Source of the DNA: Patescibacteria group bacterium
GTDB taxonomy: Bacteria > Patescibacteriota > Patescibacteriia > UBA1558 > UBA10009
Assembly: GCA_041662565.1 (NCBI GenBank)
Contig: JBAZSE010000001.1
Coordinates: forward strand, 129,084-193,083
Direction: 5' to 3'
Length of the DNA: 64,000 bases
Below are positions 10,786 through 19,807 of this stretch, one piece after another; position 1 is the stretch's first letter, and every line of letters starts with the position of its first letter. The position numbers and the translations under genes are program-made. Under the pieces are notes generated by a model. It was given only the letters and a program-made list of their open reading frames with translations. It did not search any database and had not been told where the DNA came from.

Positions 10786-12015
10786 ATGGATTTTCAGGAA
10801 TTCAATAAAGCATACGAAAAGATACTATTAACCGCTGATTCGCAGAAGGCCATGCAGTTATTAACTTTGCTTAATAAAGGCGGATTTAATGTTTCGGCGG
10901 ATAAAGTAGTTATTTTAAAATGGATTGCTTTAGACCGTTTATCTGATCGGGAAATTTTAGAATTATTCCAAAATTATTTTAAAGAAGGTTTAGAGTTGGA
11001 ATTTTATGATTTAAAAGATCAGGTTAGAAATAAATTTCTTACTAGCGTGCCTGAATCCAAGCGTGATGATTATAAAAAAGAAATACTAAAAGCCATTAGC
11101 AATAATCAGCAAAAAATCAGCAGCCAAAATTATTTAACTGGCAATAATCAGTCTGTTGCAAATTCCATTGGCGTTTGGCTTAAAGATTATCTTGTTTTTG
11201 GTGGAGCGGAACCGTTGACCAATATTAAGGAATTAGAGTTTTATAAGTCAAACAAAAATTGGGGCTTATTAAATAATCAACAAAGGGAACAGTTGCGTTT
11301 GATGTTTAACTTAGTTGAATGGCTTAAGCATTCCAATTTTTCTTTACGAGGCGATTCTGAACCGGCATTTTTAAATTATGACGGAGAATATTACGGCATT
11401 ATTGACGGCAGGGTTTATAAGGCAAAAGATTTAATTGATGATTTGTCTTTAAGTTATTTTGCTCAAATTTCTGGAAACCAAAGTAATGCTTTACCAAAAA
11501 CATCGTTTTCCATAAATCCTCAAATTTTACGTTCTCGTTACCAAGAAATTTTAAAGCAATTATTGCCTGCTAACGGCGTTGCAAAAAAACCTGCCAGCCA
11601 TGAACCGGAGGTTTTATTAAACCAGCTTAATAATGATTTGGCCTTACGCGATGCCGGTGCTGTGGTTGCTGATCTGGAAAATTTAATCCAGTTAAAAGGT
11701 TTGTTAAAATTGTTAAAGAGCAAAAACTTTTCCAGTGATTTTATAATTTATTTAGAAGCCCATTTGGGCATGGGGCTTGAAGATCAAGCTACCCGCTTAT
11801 CTCCAGAATCTTTATCTTTATTTTTGCAGTTTTTACTGATTAATAAACTTCAACTTAGTTTGGAGCAGTCGGCAGTTATCGGATTATATTTGGCTAATGT
11901 TTTAGCCAAGCAAAATCAGCGGGAGTTTTTACCCATTGCCTACTGTGATTTATCTTCAAACACCTTTAAATGGCGGGAAGTGATAGGGGAGAATGGGAAG
12001 TTGAAGTTTAAGTAG
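10786..12015 (+). CDS. Hypothetical helical protein
   Basis: 409-aa ORF with ATG 3 nt after the upstream stop; no recognised motif. Confidence 0.75.
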   Translation: MDFQEFNKAYEKILLTADSQKAMQLLTLLNKGGFNVSADKVVILKWIALDRLSDREILELFQNYFKEGLELEFYDLKDQVRNKFLTSVPESKRDDYKKEILKAISNNQQKISSQNYLTGNNQSVANSIGVWLKDYLVFGGAEPLTNIKELEFYKSNKNWGLLNNQQREQLRLMFNLVEWLKHSNFSLRGDSEPAFLNYDGEYYGIIDGRVYKAKDLIDDLSLSYFAQISGNQSNALPKTSFSINPQILRSRYQEILKQLLPANGVAKKPASHEPEVLLNQLNNDLALRDAGAVVADLENLIQLKGLLKLLKSKNFSSDFIIYLEAHLGMGLEDQATRLSPESLSLFLQFLLINKLQLSLEQSAVIGLYLANVLAKQNQREFLPIAYCDLSSNTFKWREVIGENGKLKFK

Positions 12016-12034
12016 TTTGGTTTAATAGATTTTA

Positions 12035-12076
12035 AAAAACGGATTGCACTGATATTTATCAAGGCAATCCGTTTTT
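12035..12076. terminator. Bidirectional intrinsic terminator
   Basis: Inverted repeat AAAAACGGATTGC...GCAATCCGTTTTT between convergent genes. Confidence 0.75.
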
Positions 12077-12094
12077 AATATAAATTGATTTAAT

Positions 12095-12652
12095 TTAAAC
12101 CCTTTCTACGTATTCTTCCGTTTCGGTATTAACTCTGATCATTGTGCCTTGGTTTACAAACAAGGGCACTCGAATTTCCTTACCGGTTTCCAAAACAGCG
12201 GTTTTCATGGCTGCTCCGGCCGTATCGCCCTTAATACCGGGAGGAGCATCAACTACCATTAATTCAACTTTAACCGGCAGTTTAACGCTAACCGGGCGGC
12301 CTTCAAAAATCAGCACATCCACGGTTAAGCCGTCTTTTAAAAACTCCGCGGGAGCGCCGATAACTTCCTTATCCAGTTCAAACTGCTCAAAGGATTCGTT
12401 ATCCATAAAAAAGCACTTATCGCCTTCTTTGTACAAAAAGTTGGCTTTGGCTCTTTCTAAATCAGCTTCTTCGGCTTTATCGCCACCGGCGTAGGTGATT
12501 TCCAAATTTTGCCCGGTAATTAAGTTACGCAGTTTGGTTTTTAAGGTTGCTCCGCCCCTTCCTTGCTTGGCATGCAAAGCCGAAATAACCACATACGGCT
12601 GTCCGTTGTGATTAATAGCGGTTCCCAGTTTAATGTCACTGATACTTAACAT
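12095..12652 (-). CDS. efp: Elongation factor P
   Basis: KQGRGGA loop, PGIKGDTA, LETG..I.VPLF, RVNTETEEYVER. Confidence 0.97.
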   Translation of the reverse strand: MLSISDIKLGTAINHNGQPYVVISALHAKQGRGGATLKTKLRNLITGQNLEITYAGGDKAEEADLERAKANFLYKEGDKCFFMDNESFEQFELDKEVIGAPAEFLKDGLTVDVLIFEGRPVSVKLPVKVELMVVDAPPGIKGDTAGAAMKTAVLETGKEIRVPLFVNQGTMIRVNTETEEYVERV

Positions 12653-12653
12653 A

Positions 12654-12893
12654 TTATTTGGTAGTAAAAGGCAAAAGGGCCATAAAACGGCATCTTTTAA
12701 TGGCTTCGGCCAATGATCTTTGGTGCTTGGAGCAAACGCCGGATCTTCTTCTGGGCACTATTTTGCCGTAAGAAGAAGTAAAGCGCAAAAGTTGTTGGGA
12801 ATTTTTGTAATCAATTTCATCCTGGCCGTTAACGCAAAAATGGCAGTATTTGTCTTTATTGGCCGGGACTTTGGTTTTATTGTTATTGAGCAT
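12654..12893 (-). CDS. rpsR: 30S ribosomal protein S18 (Zn-binding type)
   Basis: CHFC...IDYKN...GKIVPRRRSGVCSKHQR...AIKRCRFMALLPF; rpsF-ssb-rpsR order. Confidence 0.97.
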   Translation of the reverse strand: MLNNNKTKVPANKDKYCHFCVNGQDEIDYKNSQQLLRFTSSYGKIVPRRRSGVCSKHQRSLAEAIKRCRFMALLPFTTK

Positions 12894-12919
12894 AGAGTAT
12901 TAATTTATAATTTAAGTAT

Positions 12920-13014
12920 TGTCATTTCGAGCGAGGCGTAAGCCGAGTCGAGAAATCTATGTTGTAGAACGAGAGGGATTTCTCCGTTCCGCTATCGCTT
13001 CAGTCGAAATGACA
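12920..13014. repeat. REP/MITE-like palindromic element
   Basis: Terminal 11-bp inverted repeat TGTCATTTCGA...TCGAAATGACA with inner GAGAAATC/GATTTCTC; GC-rich island in an AT-rich spacer. Confidence 0.7.
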
Positions 13015-13028
13015 GAGAACATTTGAAT

Positions 13029-13511
13029 TTAGAAAGGAATATCTTCCACGTTAATTTCTTCTTCGCTTGAGGCGACCGGCCTGCTGGGAGAAGAATTTTG
13101 GGCATAATCATCAACCGGTGAAGGTTGCGAAGTCGGCGAACCAGCTGGTTCATAATTGCTTCTGCCGCCGCCGGCATTACCGGCCCTATCTAACATAATA
13201 ATGTTATCGGCAATAATTTCACTGCGGTATTTTTTAACGCCTGTTGCCTGATCATCCCAGGATCTGGTTTGCATTCGGCCTTCAACGTAAATTTTAGCGC
13301 CTTTTTTAAGGTATTGGCCGGCAATTTCGGCTAGCTTGCGCCAGGCCACAATGTTATGAAATTCGGCTTTTTCCTGTTTGTTGCCCGCTTGGTCTTTCCA
13401 AACCAAATTGGTTGCCACGGCAAAGCTGGCCACAGTTTGGCCGCCTGGGGTGGTGCGAACTTCCGGATCGCGGGTAATGTTTCCGATAATCATGGCTTTA
13501 TTGAGATCCAT
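13029..13511 (-). CDS. ssb: Single-stranded DNA-binding protein
   Basis: MDLNKAMIIGNITRDPE OB fold; acidic DIPF C-terminus. Confidence 0.97.
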   Translation of the reverse strand: MDLNKAMIIGNITRDPEVRTTPGGQTVASFAVATNLVWKDQAGNKQEKAEFHNIVAWRKLAEIAGQYLKKGAKIYVEGRMQTRSWDDQATGVKKYRSEIIADNIIMLDRAGNAGGGRSNYEPAGSPTSQPSPVDDYAQNSSPSRPVASSEEEINVEDIPF

Positions 13512-13554
13512 ATTATTAAATCGGTTAATTGTTTAATAGGATAATTGAACTTTA

Positions 13555-14040
13555 TTAAATAACTTTTTCGTCCAAAAGTTCATCAAGTTTTTTATCCAAA
13601 TCCTCCAAACTAATTTTGGGCTTGGCGGTTTTAACCGGCTGGGCCTGTCTGATTTCTTCTTTTTCAGCTTCTTTTTTAACCACTTCTTCTCTGATTTTGC
13701 CGGATTTGATTTTTTCCTGGCGGGCAATTTCGGCCGCAGTTTTAACTTTCTTTTTAATAACCAAATGCCTTAACACATTTTTATTCAGCTTTAAGGCGTT
13801 ATCAATCGCGGTTAAAGAAGCCGGGATCAAATCAAATTCGTAAGAAAAATAAAAGCCATGCTTTAAGTTTTTAATAGCATAGGCCAATTTTTTCCTGCCC
13901 AAATCCAAAACTCTGATGTTTTGGGCGCTGTTTTTTTCCAACAAATTTTTAACTTCCGCTAAAATAGCGGGATGTTCGTTTTCCGAGGCAGTGGCGTTGA
14001 TAATCAACGTTAGCTCGTAATGGGTGGCGTTTTCTTGCAT
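13555..14040 (-). CDS. rpsF: 30S ribosomal protein S6 with charged C-terminal extension
   Basis: YELTLII...LGRKKLAYAIK...GFY...VLRHLV; upstream of ssb. Confidence 0.95.
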   Translation of the reverse strand: MQENATHYELTLIINATASENEHPAILAEVKNLLEKNSAQNIRVLDLGRKKLAYAIKNLKHGFYFSYEFDLIPASLTAIDNALKLNKNVLRHLVIKKKVKTAAEIARQEKIKSGKIREEVVKKEAEKEEIRQAQPVKTAKPKISLEDLDKKLDELLDEKVI

Positions 14041-14178
14041 TTTTATAATGCTCGGCTGAGAAAAATATGGTTAATTTCTCGTCAGCTTGGCTTGATTACC
14101 CCGATTTTATAGAAAATTGGGGGTTTCGATAGATTTCTCTTCCGAAACTCGGTTAATTAAGCAGCAGCTTGCAGGGGT

Positions 14179-14207
14179 ATTGTGGCAGATTGTCGGTCGA
14201 TTGTCAA
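14179..14207 (-). promoter_or_regulatory. Putative sigma70 promoter of rpsF operon
   Basis: Minus strand TTGACA-17 nt-CACAAT. Confidence 0.5.
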
Positions 14208-14222
14208 GAATCAGCCGTTCTA

Positions 14223-14251
14223 TTGCCAATCACCCTAAAAATCAGTAAGAT
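14223..14251 (+). promoter_or_regulatory. Putative sigma70 promoter of methyltransferase/His-swivel operon
   Basis: TTGCCA-17 nt-TAAGAT, ending 9 nt before ATG 14261. Confidence 0.55.
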
Positions 14252-14260
14252 ATATCTATT

Positions 14261-15442
14261 ATGCTAAATTCAAATTCCAACAAATACGCCTTTATTTTAG
14301 GCCATGTGCCGGAACTTTCTGGGGCCGAAATTATTAAAGTGTTAGGGAGTCAAAATATCATTTTTGAAACAGTTTTGTCGTCTAAAGATTTTTTATTGGT
14401 TGAAGTAGGTGGGGAATTGGATGTTAAGGCGTTGCAGGAAAGGTTAGGGGGAACGATAAAGATATCACGTATCATGTATCATGTATCACAGGAAGAATTA
14501 GGTGATAAGGTTGAAGAAATAATAGCAGCGAAAAGGCCAAATAACCAAGAACAAAAATTTCAGTTCGGTTTCAGTTTGTATGGAAAAATGGATTTAAAGG
14601 AATTTCAGAATATGGGTTTAGCTCTTAAGAGGAAATTAAAAAACAGCGGAGTTGTTTGTAGGTTTGTTGTTTCTAAAGAAAAAAGTTTATCTTCCGTAAT
14701 TATTATTAAAGAACATCTTATTGGTCAGGGTTTGGATGTGGTAATTATAGAAGACGGTCAAAAGTACTATTTAGGTTACACGGTCGCTGTTCAGGATTTT
14801 AGGGACTATTCGGATCGGGATTTTGGCCGGCCCATGCGGGATAGTAAAAGCGGGATGATACCGCCAAAATTGGCTAAGATAATGCTTAATTTGTCCGGTG
14901 TTAATCCGCTGGCGGTAATTTTGGATCCTTTCTGCGGTTCCGGAACAATTTTGCAAGAGGCCTTGTTGATGGGTTATAAAAATCTGATCGGTTCTGATCT
15001 TTCGATAAAAGCCGTAGATGATACTAAAAATAATTTAAACTGGTTAAAAGCCAAATATAACTTGGATATATCTGGTATTAAAGTTTTAGAATTGGATGTT
15101 AGGAATTTGTCTAAAAAAGTTGTTGCCGAGTCAATTAATGCTATTGTCACGGAGCCGTATTTAGGAGAGGCCAAAAGTTCAAAGCTCAAAACTCAAAACT
15201 TTCTGGCACTAGCCGAGCTTTACATCCAAAGTTTTAAGGAATTTTATAAAGTTTTAAAGCCAAATGGAAAGGTTGTGATGATTTTGCCGATTATTGAAGG
15301 CCAAAAAATGGAGATTTTGGATCAAGTTACAAAAATCGGTTTTACCATGGAAAATTTAAGCGATAATCCCAGAAGTTCCATTGTTTATGGCAGGGAAGGA
15401 ACAAGGGTAGAGCGGGAAATCTTCGTTTTTAAGAAAAAATAA
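14261..15442 (+). CDS. Trm11/TrmG10-like SAM-dependent RNA methyltransferase (THUMP-like plus Rossmann domain)
   Basis: RDFGRP, GMIPPKLAKIMLNL, LDPFCGSGTILQEA (motif I), IVTEPYLG (DPPY-like motif IV). Confidence 0.8.
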   Translation: MLNSNSNKYAFILGHVPELSGAEIIKVLGSQNIIFETVLSSKDFLLVEVGGELDVKALQERLGGTIKISRIMYHVSQEELGDKVEEIIAAKRPNNQEQKFQFGFSLYGKMDLKEFQNMGLALKRKLKNSGVVCRFVVSKEKSLSSVIIIKEHLIGQGLDVVIIEDGQKYYLGYTVAVQDFRDYSDRDFGRPMRDSKSGMIPPKLAKIMLNLSGVNPLAVILDPFCGSGTILQEALLMGYKNLIGSDLSIKAVDDTKNNLNWLKAKYNLDISGIKVLELDVRNLSKKVVAESINAIVTEPYLGEAKSSKLKTQNFLALAELYIQSFKEFYKVLKPNGKVVMILPIIEGQKMEILDQVTKIGFTMENLSDNPRSSIVYGREGTRVEREIFVFKKK

Positions 15443-15443
15443 T

Positions 15444-16913
15444 ATGCCGACTTCTTTTAAAAAGGTTATTCATAAGGTTAGAACGGAAAAATGGTGGCTC
15501 GAAGAATGTCCGACCTCTTTTTTTCTTTTTGATTATATTATGAAAACTTTTGTTTCCGCTGGTCGTTTATTGGGCCGGCCCACGCTTAAACAATCAGTTT
15601 TTATTAATAAAAATAATTTGGGCATGGAGCTGAACCCTTACGATGAAAGGAAAAATAATTTTATAGATATTTATCAGCATGAGCTCAAAACTCAGGGGTA
15701 TTTTAAAAAATTATTTTTACCTTGGTTTAAAATTCGTCAAAATTTGGCAAAACTTAATGATTTAGCTATTAATAAAATTAATGGCTATTCTTCAGTTGAA
15801 CTATTAAGGTTTGCTAAAGAATTTCTTCAATTAGGTTTTGATTCGGTTGTTTATGGAGCGCTATTGGAGTGCGTTGATCCTTTTACCGAAAGTTTACCAA
15901 GAGATTTAAAATTAAGATACAATTTAACCAACGAGCAGGCACGCGATTATTCATCAATTTTATCGATCCCATTAGAAAGAAGTTTTTTAACCCAAGAAAA
16001 ATTGGATTTTTATTCACTTTGTTTGCATAAGCTAACGATCGTACAGTATATAGCAAAATATTATTGGATTAATTCCAACTATCGCCAATCTGGAGAACTA
16101 GAATTAGCTGATTTAAAAAAAAGAATTAAAAATGAATTGAAAATTTTTGGTGGCTCTGCTGGCATTAAAAAAGAAATCAAAAAAACCTTAAGGAACGAAA
16201 AAAAACTATTTTCTGATAAAAAAGCTATTTCTCAAAAACTTAAATTAATTAAGGCAGATAAAAAACTTTTTAAATTACTGGAGATTTTTGGCCATTATAT
16301 TGATTTAAGAAAAGAAAGCATGCTTCGACATACTTATGCCAGAGATAAGTTTTTATTAGAAATTAGCCGTCGAACTAATTATAAGATGGATGATTTAAGT
16401 GATTTGGATGACCAGGAAATTATTAAAGTTATACAAAAAAAACCTGTTAATTGGCGTCAAATCCGTTTAAGGCATAAGCTGTGCGTGGCTTATTATACCC
16501 CCTTTGAACGAAAAATATTTTATGGAAGTGAAGCAAAAAAAATTTATCAAACTTTCATTTTAAGTTTAAAAAGTGATCAATTAAAAGGCATGGTTGCTCA
16601 GCTCTCATCTCGGCTTATTAGAGGCAAAGTTTCTTTAGTTTTAGACATTTTTAAGGATAAATTTAAGCCGGGCAATATTTTAATTACTACTATGACTCGT
16701 CCGGAGTTTATGCCTCTAATGAGGCGAGCTAAAGCGGTGATTACCGATGAGGGAGGTTTAACCTGTCATGCTGCTATTATTTCTCGTGAATTAAAAATCC
16801 CCTGTATTATTGGAGTAAAAAACGCTACTAAAGTTTTAAAAAATAATGATTTTGTGGAGATGGATTTAAAAACAGGAGTAATTAAAAAAATAATCAATGA
16901 AAATAAACATTGA
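15444..16913 (+). CDS. Helical domain plus PEP-utilising mobile (phospho-His swivel) domain, paralog 1
   Basis: C-terminal ILITTMTRPEF...ITDEGGLTCHAAIISRELKIPCIIG; no ATP-grasp or PEP-binding barrel. Confidence 0.85.
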   Translation: MPTSFKKVIHKVRTEKWWLEECPTSFFLFDYIMKTFVSAGRLLGRPTLKQSVFINKNNLGMELNPYDERKNNFIDIYQHELKTQGYFKKLFLPWFKIRQNLAKLNDLAINKINGYSSVELLRFAKEFLQLGFDSVVYGALLECVDPFTESLPRDLKLRYNLTNEQARDYSSILSIPLERSFLTQEKLDFYSLCLHKLTIVQYIAKYYWINSNYRQSGELELADLKKRIKNELKIFGGSAGIKKEIKKTLRNEKKLFSDKKAISQKLKLIKADKKLFKLLEIFGHYIDLRKESMLRHTYARDKFLLEISRRTNYKMDDLSDLDDQEIIKVIQKKPVNWRQIRLRHKLCVAYYTPFERKIFYGSEAKKIYQTFILSLKSDQLKGMVAQLSSRLIRGKVSLVLDIFKDKFKPGNILITTMTRPEFMPLMRRAKAVITDEGGLTCHAAIISRELKIPCIIGVKNATKVLKNNDFVEMDLKTGVIKKIINENKH

Positions 16914-18354
16914 TTTAAAGCATGAACTATTTCAGTGGGGTCCGATTGACGCTAAATTGATTTATCCCGATTATTTTAGCTGGTCTTTTGTTAATTACGC
17001 CAAAAAATTTATTAGTTGGTCCGACCTTGTTGGTATTTTTAGTCAGGGCAAGGTAGTTTATTTCGGCGATAATCCTAATTTGAGAGAAAGAGGCAGAAAA
17101 AACTTTTATCGTTATATTCTACCCAATGAACAATTTAAAAAATATTATCAAGAATGGCAAAAATACCTTAAACATTTGATTAAGCTTCAACACAGTATTA
17201 CTCCAAAATATTTGCAGGCGCTGGATAACCATAACCTTAATCAATTATACCAGAAGTGGGTCAGGGCCTATCTTAATTTTTGGACAGTCGGCCTGTTGCC
17301 GGAATTATCTAACTGGGGCACTGAAGAGATTTTAAGTGAACGTTTGCGTCTAATCGTGCCTCAACAATATTTTAGCAAAGTTTTTGAAAAATTATCAGCT
17401 CCGTTAAGTTTGTCATTTTATCAGAGATCAGATTTGGAGTTATTGGCTTTAAGAAAATATTTTAAAAATAAAAAAGAATTTGATAAAAAATTATTCAAGT
17501 TTCAACAAAACCATTTTTGGCAATTAAATAGTTACGGCCATAGCCGTGTTTTACCAGTTGCATATTTTAAACAAGAGTTTTTGAAATATTCATCATCATC
17601 AGCAGCTCAAAAAGTTAGAGGATTAAAATTGTATAGCCAAAGAGTTAAATTGGTCAAGAAAAAAATAATAAAGCAATATCAGCTTGATGGCCAAACTGCT
17701 AAAATTGCCGATCGTTTAAGTTTTTGTGTTTGGTGGCAGGATCTAAGGAAATTTTACATTTTTTGGGCCAATCATTGTATTGATGTTTTTCTTAAAGAAT
17801 TTTCCAAAAGATATAAAGTTAGTTTTTTAGACCTTCATTTTTACAATGCAGAAGAATTATCAAAGTTGTCAGTCCAAGGCTTAAAAATCAATAGTCAGAT
17901 TATTTGGGCAAGAAAAAAATTAGTTGTTTGTCATTATGCAGAAAAAAATAATAAGCTTGATTATATCATTGGTGCTCGAGCAAAAACAATTAAGAAAAAA
18001 TTTACCAATTCAAAAGAAAAGCCTAATAATCTTCAAGAAATAAACGGTTTAACTGTCAGTTTGGGCAAAACAATCAGGGGCAAAGTTAAAATAATTACTT
18101 CGCCAAAAAATATAGGTAAAATGCAGCCAGGCGATATTTTAGTCGCTTCCATGACCAGTCCGGATTATATTGTGGCCATGAAAAAGGCCTTGGCGATTAT
18201 AACTGATGCTGGAGGCATGACGGCTCACGCGGCCATTGTTAGCCGTGAATTAAAAATTCCCTGCATTGTTAACACTAAAATCGCTACTAAAGTATTGCGC
18301 GACGGTGATTTAGTGGAAGTTGATAGTAAACATGGTGTTATTAAAAAATTGTAA
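16897..18354 (+). CDS. Helical domain plus phospho-His swivel domain, paralog 2
   Basis: GDILVASMTSPDY...ITDAGGMTAHAAIVSRELKIPCIV. Confidence 0.85.
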   Translation: MKINIDLKHELFQWGPIDAKLIYPDYFSWSFVNYAKKFISWSDLVGIFSQGKVVYFGDNPNLRERGRKNFYRYILPNEQFKKYYQEWQKYLKHLIKLQHSITPKYLQALDNHNLNQLYQKWVRAYLNFWTVGLLPELSNWGTEEILSERLRLIVPQQYFSKVFEKLSAPLSLSFYQRSDLELLALRKYFKNKKEFDKKLFKFQQNHFWQLNSYGHSRVLPVAYFKQEFLKYSSSSAAQKVRGLKLYSQRVKLVKKKIIKQYQLDGQTAKIADRLSFCVWWQDLRKFYIFWANHCIDVFLKEFSKRYKVSFLDLHFYNAEELSKLSVQGLKINSQIIWARKKLVVCHYAEKNNKLDYIIGARAKTIKKKFTNSKEKPNNLQEINGLTVSLGKTIRGKVKIITSPKNIGKMQPGDILVASMTSPDYIVAMKKALAIITDAGGMTAHAAIVSRELKIPCIVNTKIATKVLRDGDLVEVDSKHGVIKKL

Positions 18355-18360
18355 GGATAC

Positions 18361-19806
18361 ATGAATCAGGCCAAATTAATAAAAAAAGTTAAATCAACCA
18401 ATTGGTACCGTCAGGGCGGAGGCATTAACATGCTGTATTGTTCTGTACCTTATCGTTCGGGCGCTAAAACTTTTGATTGTCAGATTTTTTTCAAGGGTCA
18501 TAATAATTACGGTTATTTTAATAAAGATAATGAAAGGCGCTTATTAAATTATTTTATTAGACGTCACCTTAAAGATAAGAATTATTTGACTAGTAAAATT
18601 AATCGTTGGCGGGTTTTGGTAAAACATCAACAGTCATTTTTAAGCCAATTGAATGCAATTTACCTCAAAAAGTTAAGTAATGCCGATTTTTTTAATGTTT
18701 ATCGCAAATTTTGTTTGTTCCAACTGGCCTATTGGCAACCGACTTTAATGATTGAATACTCTGATCCTTGGAGCGATAAAATTATTAGTGATTACCTAAC
18801 TAAATATCGACTTAAATTATCGGCTCAAAATTTATCGATTTTGACCGCTCCCAAGCTTTTAACTTTTGCTCAACAGGAAGAGCTAGATCTTTTATCAATT
18901 GTGAAAAATTATCTGGCTCACAGGAATATCAACAGACAATTAGCAAATCACGCAAAAAAATATTCCTGGCAGAGTATTACCTGGCTCAAGGCAAAAATGT
19001 TGTCGCAAGTATATTTTTTAAAGCGCCTAAAAGAGATGGCCAAACTTTCACATCAACAGATTAATGAAAGAATTAGGAATTTAAGCGGTTATTCATTAAA
19101 AATCAATAGATCTAAATCTACGATTGTTTCCAAAAATCATTTAAACAGCAGTCAGGTTGCCTTATTTGATTTTTTTGCATGTTTGTGCGATTGGCGTGAG
19201 GAAAGAAAAAAGTATGGCATGCTTAATAATAAACTGACTGAGAATTTTGCCGAAGAACTGGCTAAGCGGAGCGGCGTGGATAAGCATTTATTGTATTTTT
19301 TGGATGGTTTTGAGATTACTAGTTTACCTAAGATTGTTAAAATGACGGTGGAACTTAAAAAGCGGCAGAGAGCAGTTTTTTACAATTATACTTCCATGGG
19401 AATTTGGCGCTTGGTAGGCCAAGAAGCGGAAAAAATGAATAAGATTTTTGAAAACCGGATTAATTTGAAAAATGAGGAATTACAGGGTTTTATTGCCTGT
19501 CGGGGGATGGCATTTGGCCGGGTTAAAGTTATTATGTCCCACTCTGAATTTAAGAAATTTAAGCCAGGCGATGTTTTAGTTACCCAAATGACCAGGCCAG
19601 AGTTTGTGCCATTGATGAAAAAAGCGGCCGCAATTATTACCGATGAAGGCGGTATTACCTCACATGCCGCGGTAATTTCCAGAGAACTTAATAAGCCCTG
19701 CATTATCGGCACTCAAGTGGCTACCAGTTTATTAAAAGATGGTGATAGGGTAGAAGTGGATGCTAATAAGGGGATTGTAAAATTGTTAGAAAAAGCATTC
19801 CAATGA
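18361..19806 (+). CDS. Helical domain plus phospho-His swivel domain, paralog 3
   Basis: GDVLVTQMTRPEF...ITDEGGITSHAAVISRELNKPCIIG. Confidence 0.85.
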   Translation: MNQAKLIKKVKSTNWYRQGGGINMLYCSVPYRSGAKTFDCQIFFKGHNNYGYFNKDNERRLLNYFIRRHLKDKNYLTSKINRWRVLVKHQQSFLSQLNAIYLKKLSNADFFNVYRKFCLFQLAYWQPTLMIEYSDPWSDKIISDYLTKYRLKLSAQNLSILTAPKLLTFAQQEELDLLSIVKNYLAHRNINRQLANHAKKYSWQSITWLKAKMLSQVYFLKRLKEMAKLSHQQINERIRNLSGYSLKINRSKSTIVSKNHLNSSQVALFDFFACLCDWREERKKYGMLNNKLTENFAEELAKRSGVDKHLLYFLDGFEITSLPKIVKMTVELKKRQRAVFYNYTSMGIWRLVGQEAEKMNKIFENRINLKNEELQGFIACRGMAFGRVKVIMSHSEFKKFKPGDVLVTQMTRPEFVPLMKKAAAIITDEGGITSHAAVISRELNKPCIIGTQVATSLLKDGDRVEVDANKGIVKLLEKAFQ

Positions 19807-19807
19807 T

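Noticed and set aside
14041-14172. S6:S18 autoregulatory leader RNA
   Set aside because: Hairpins are present in the rpsF leader, but I cannot match the consensus by eye.
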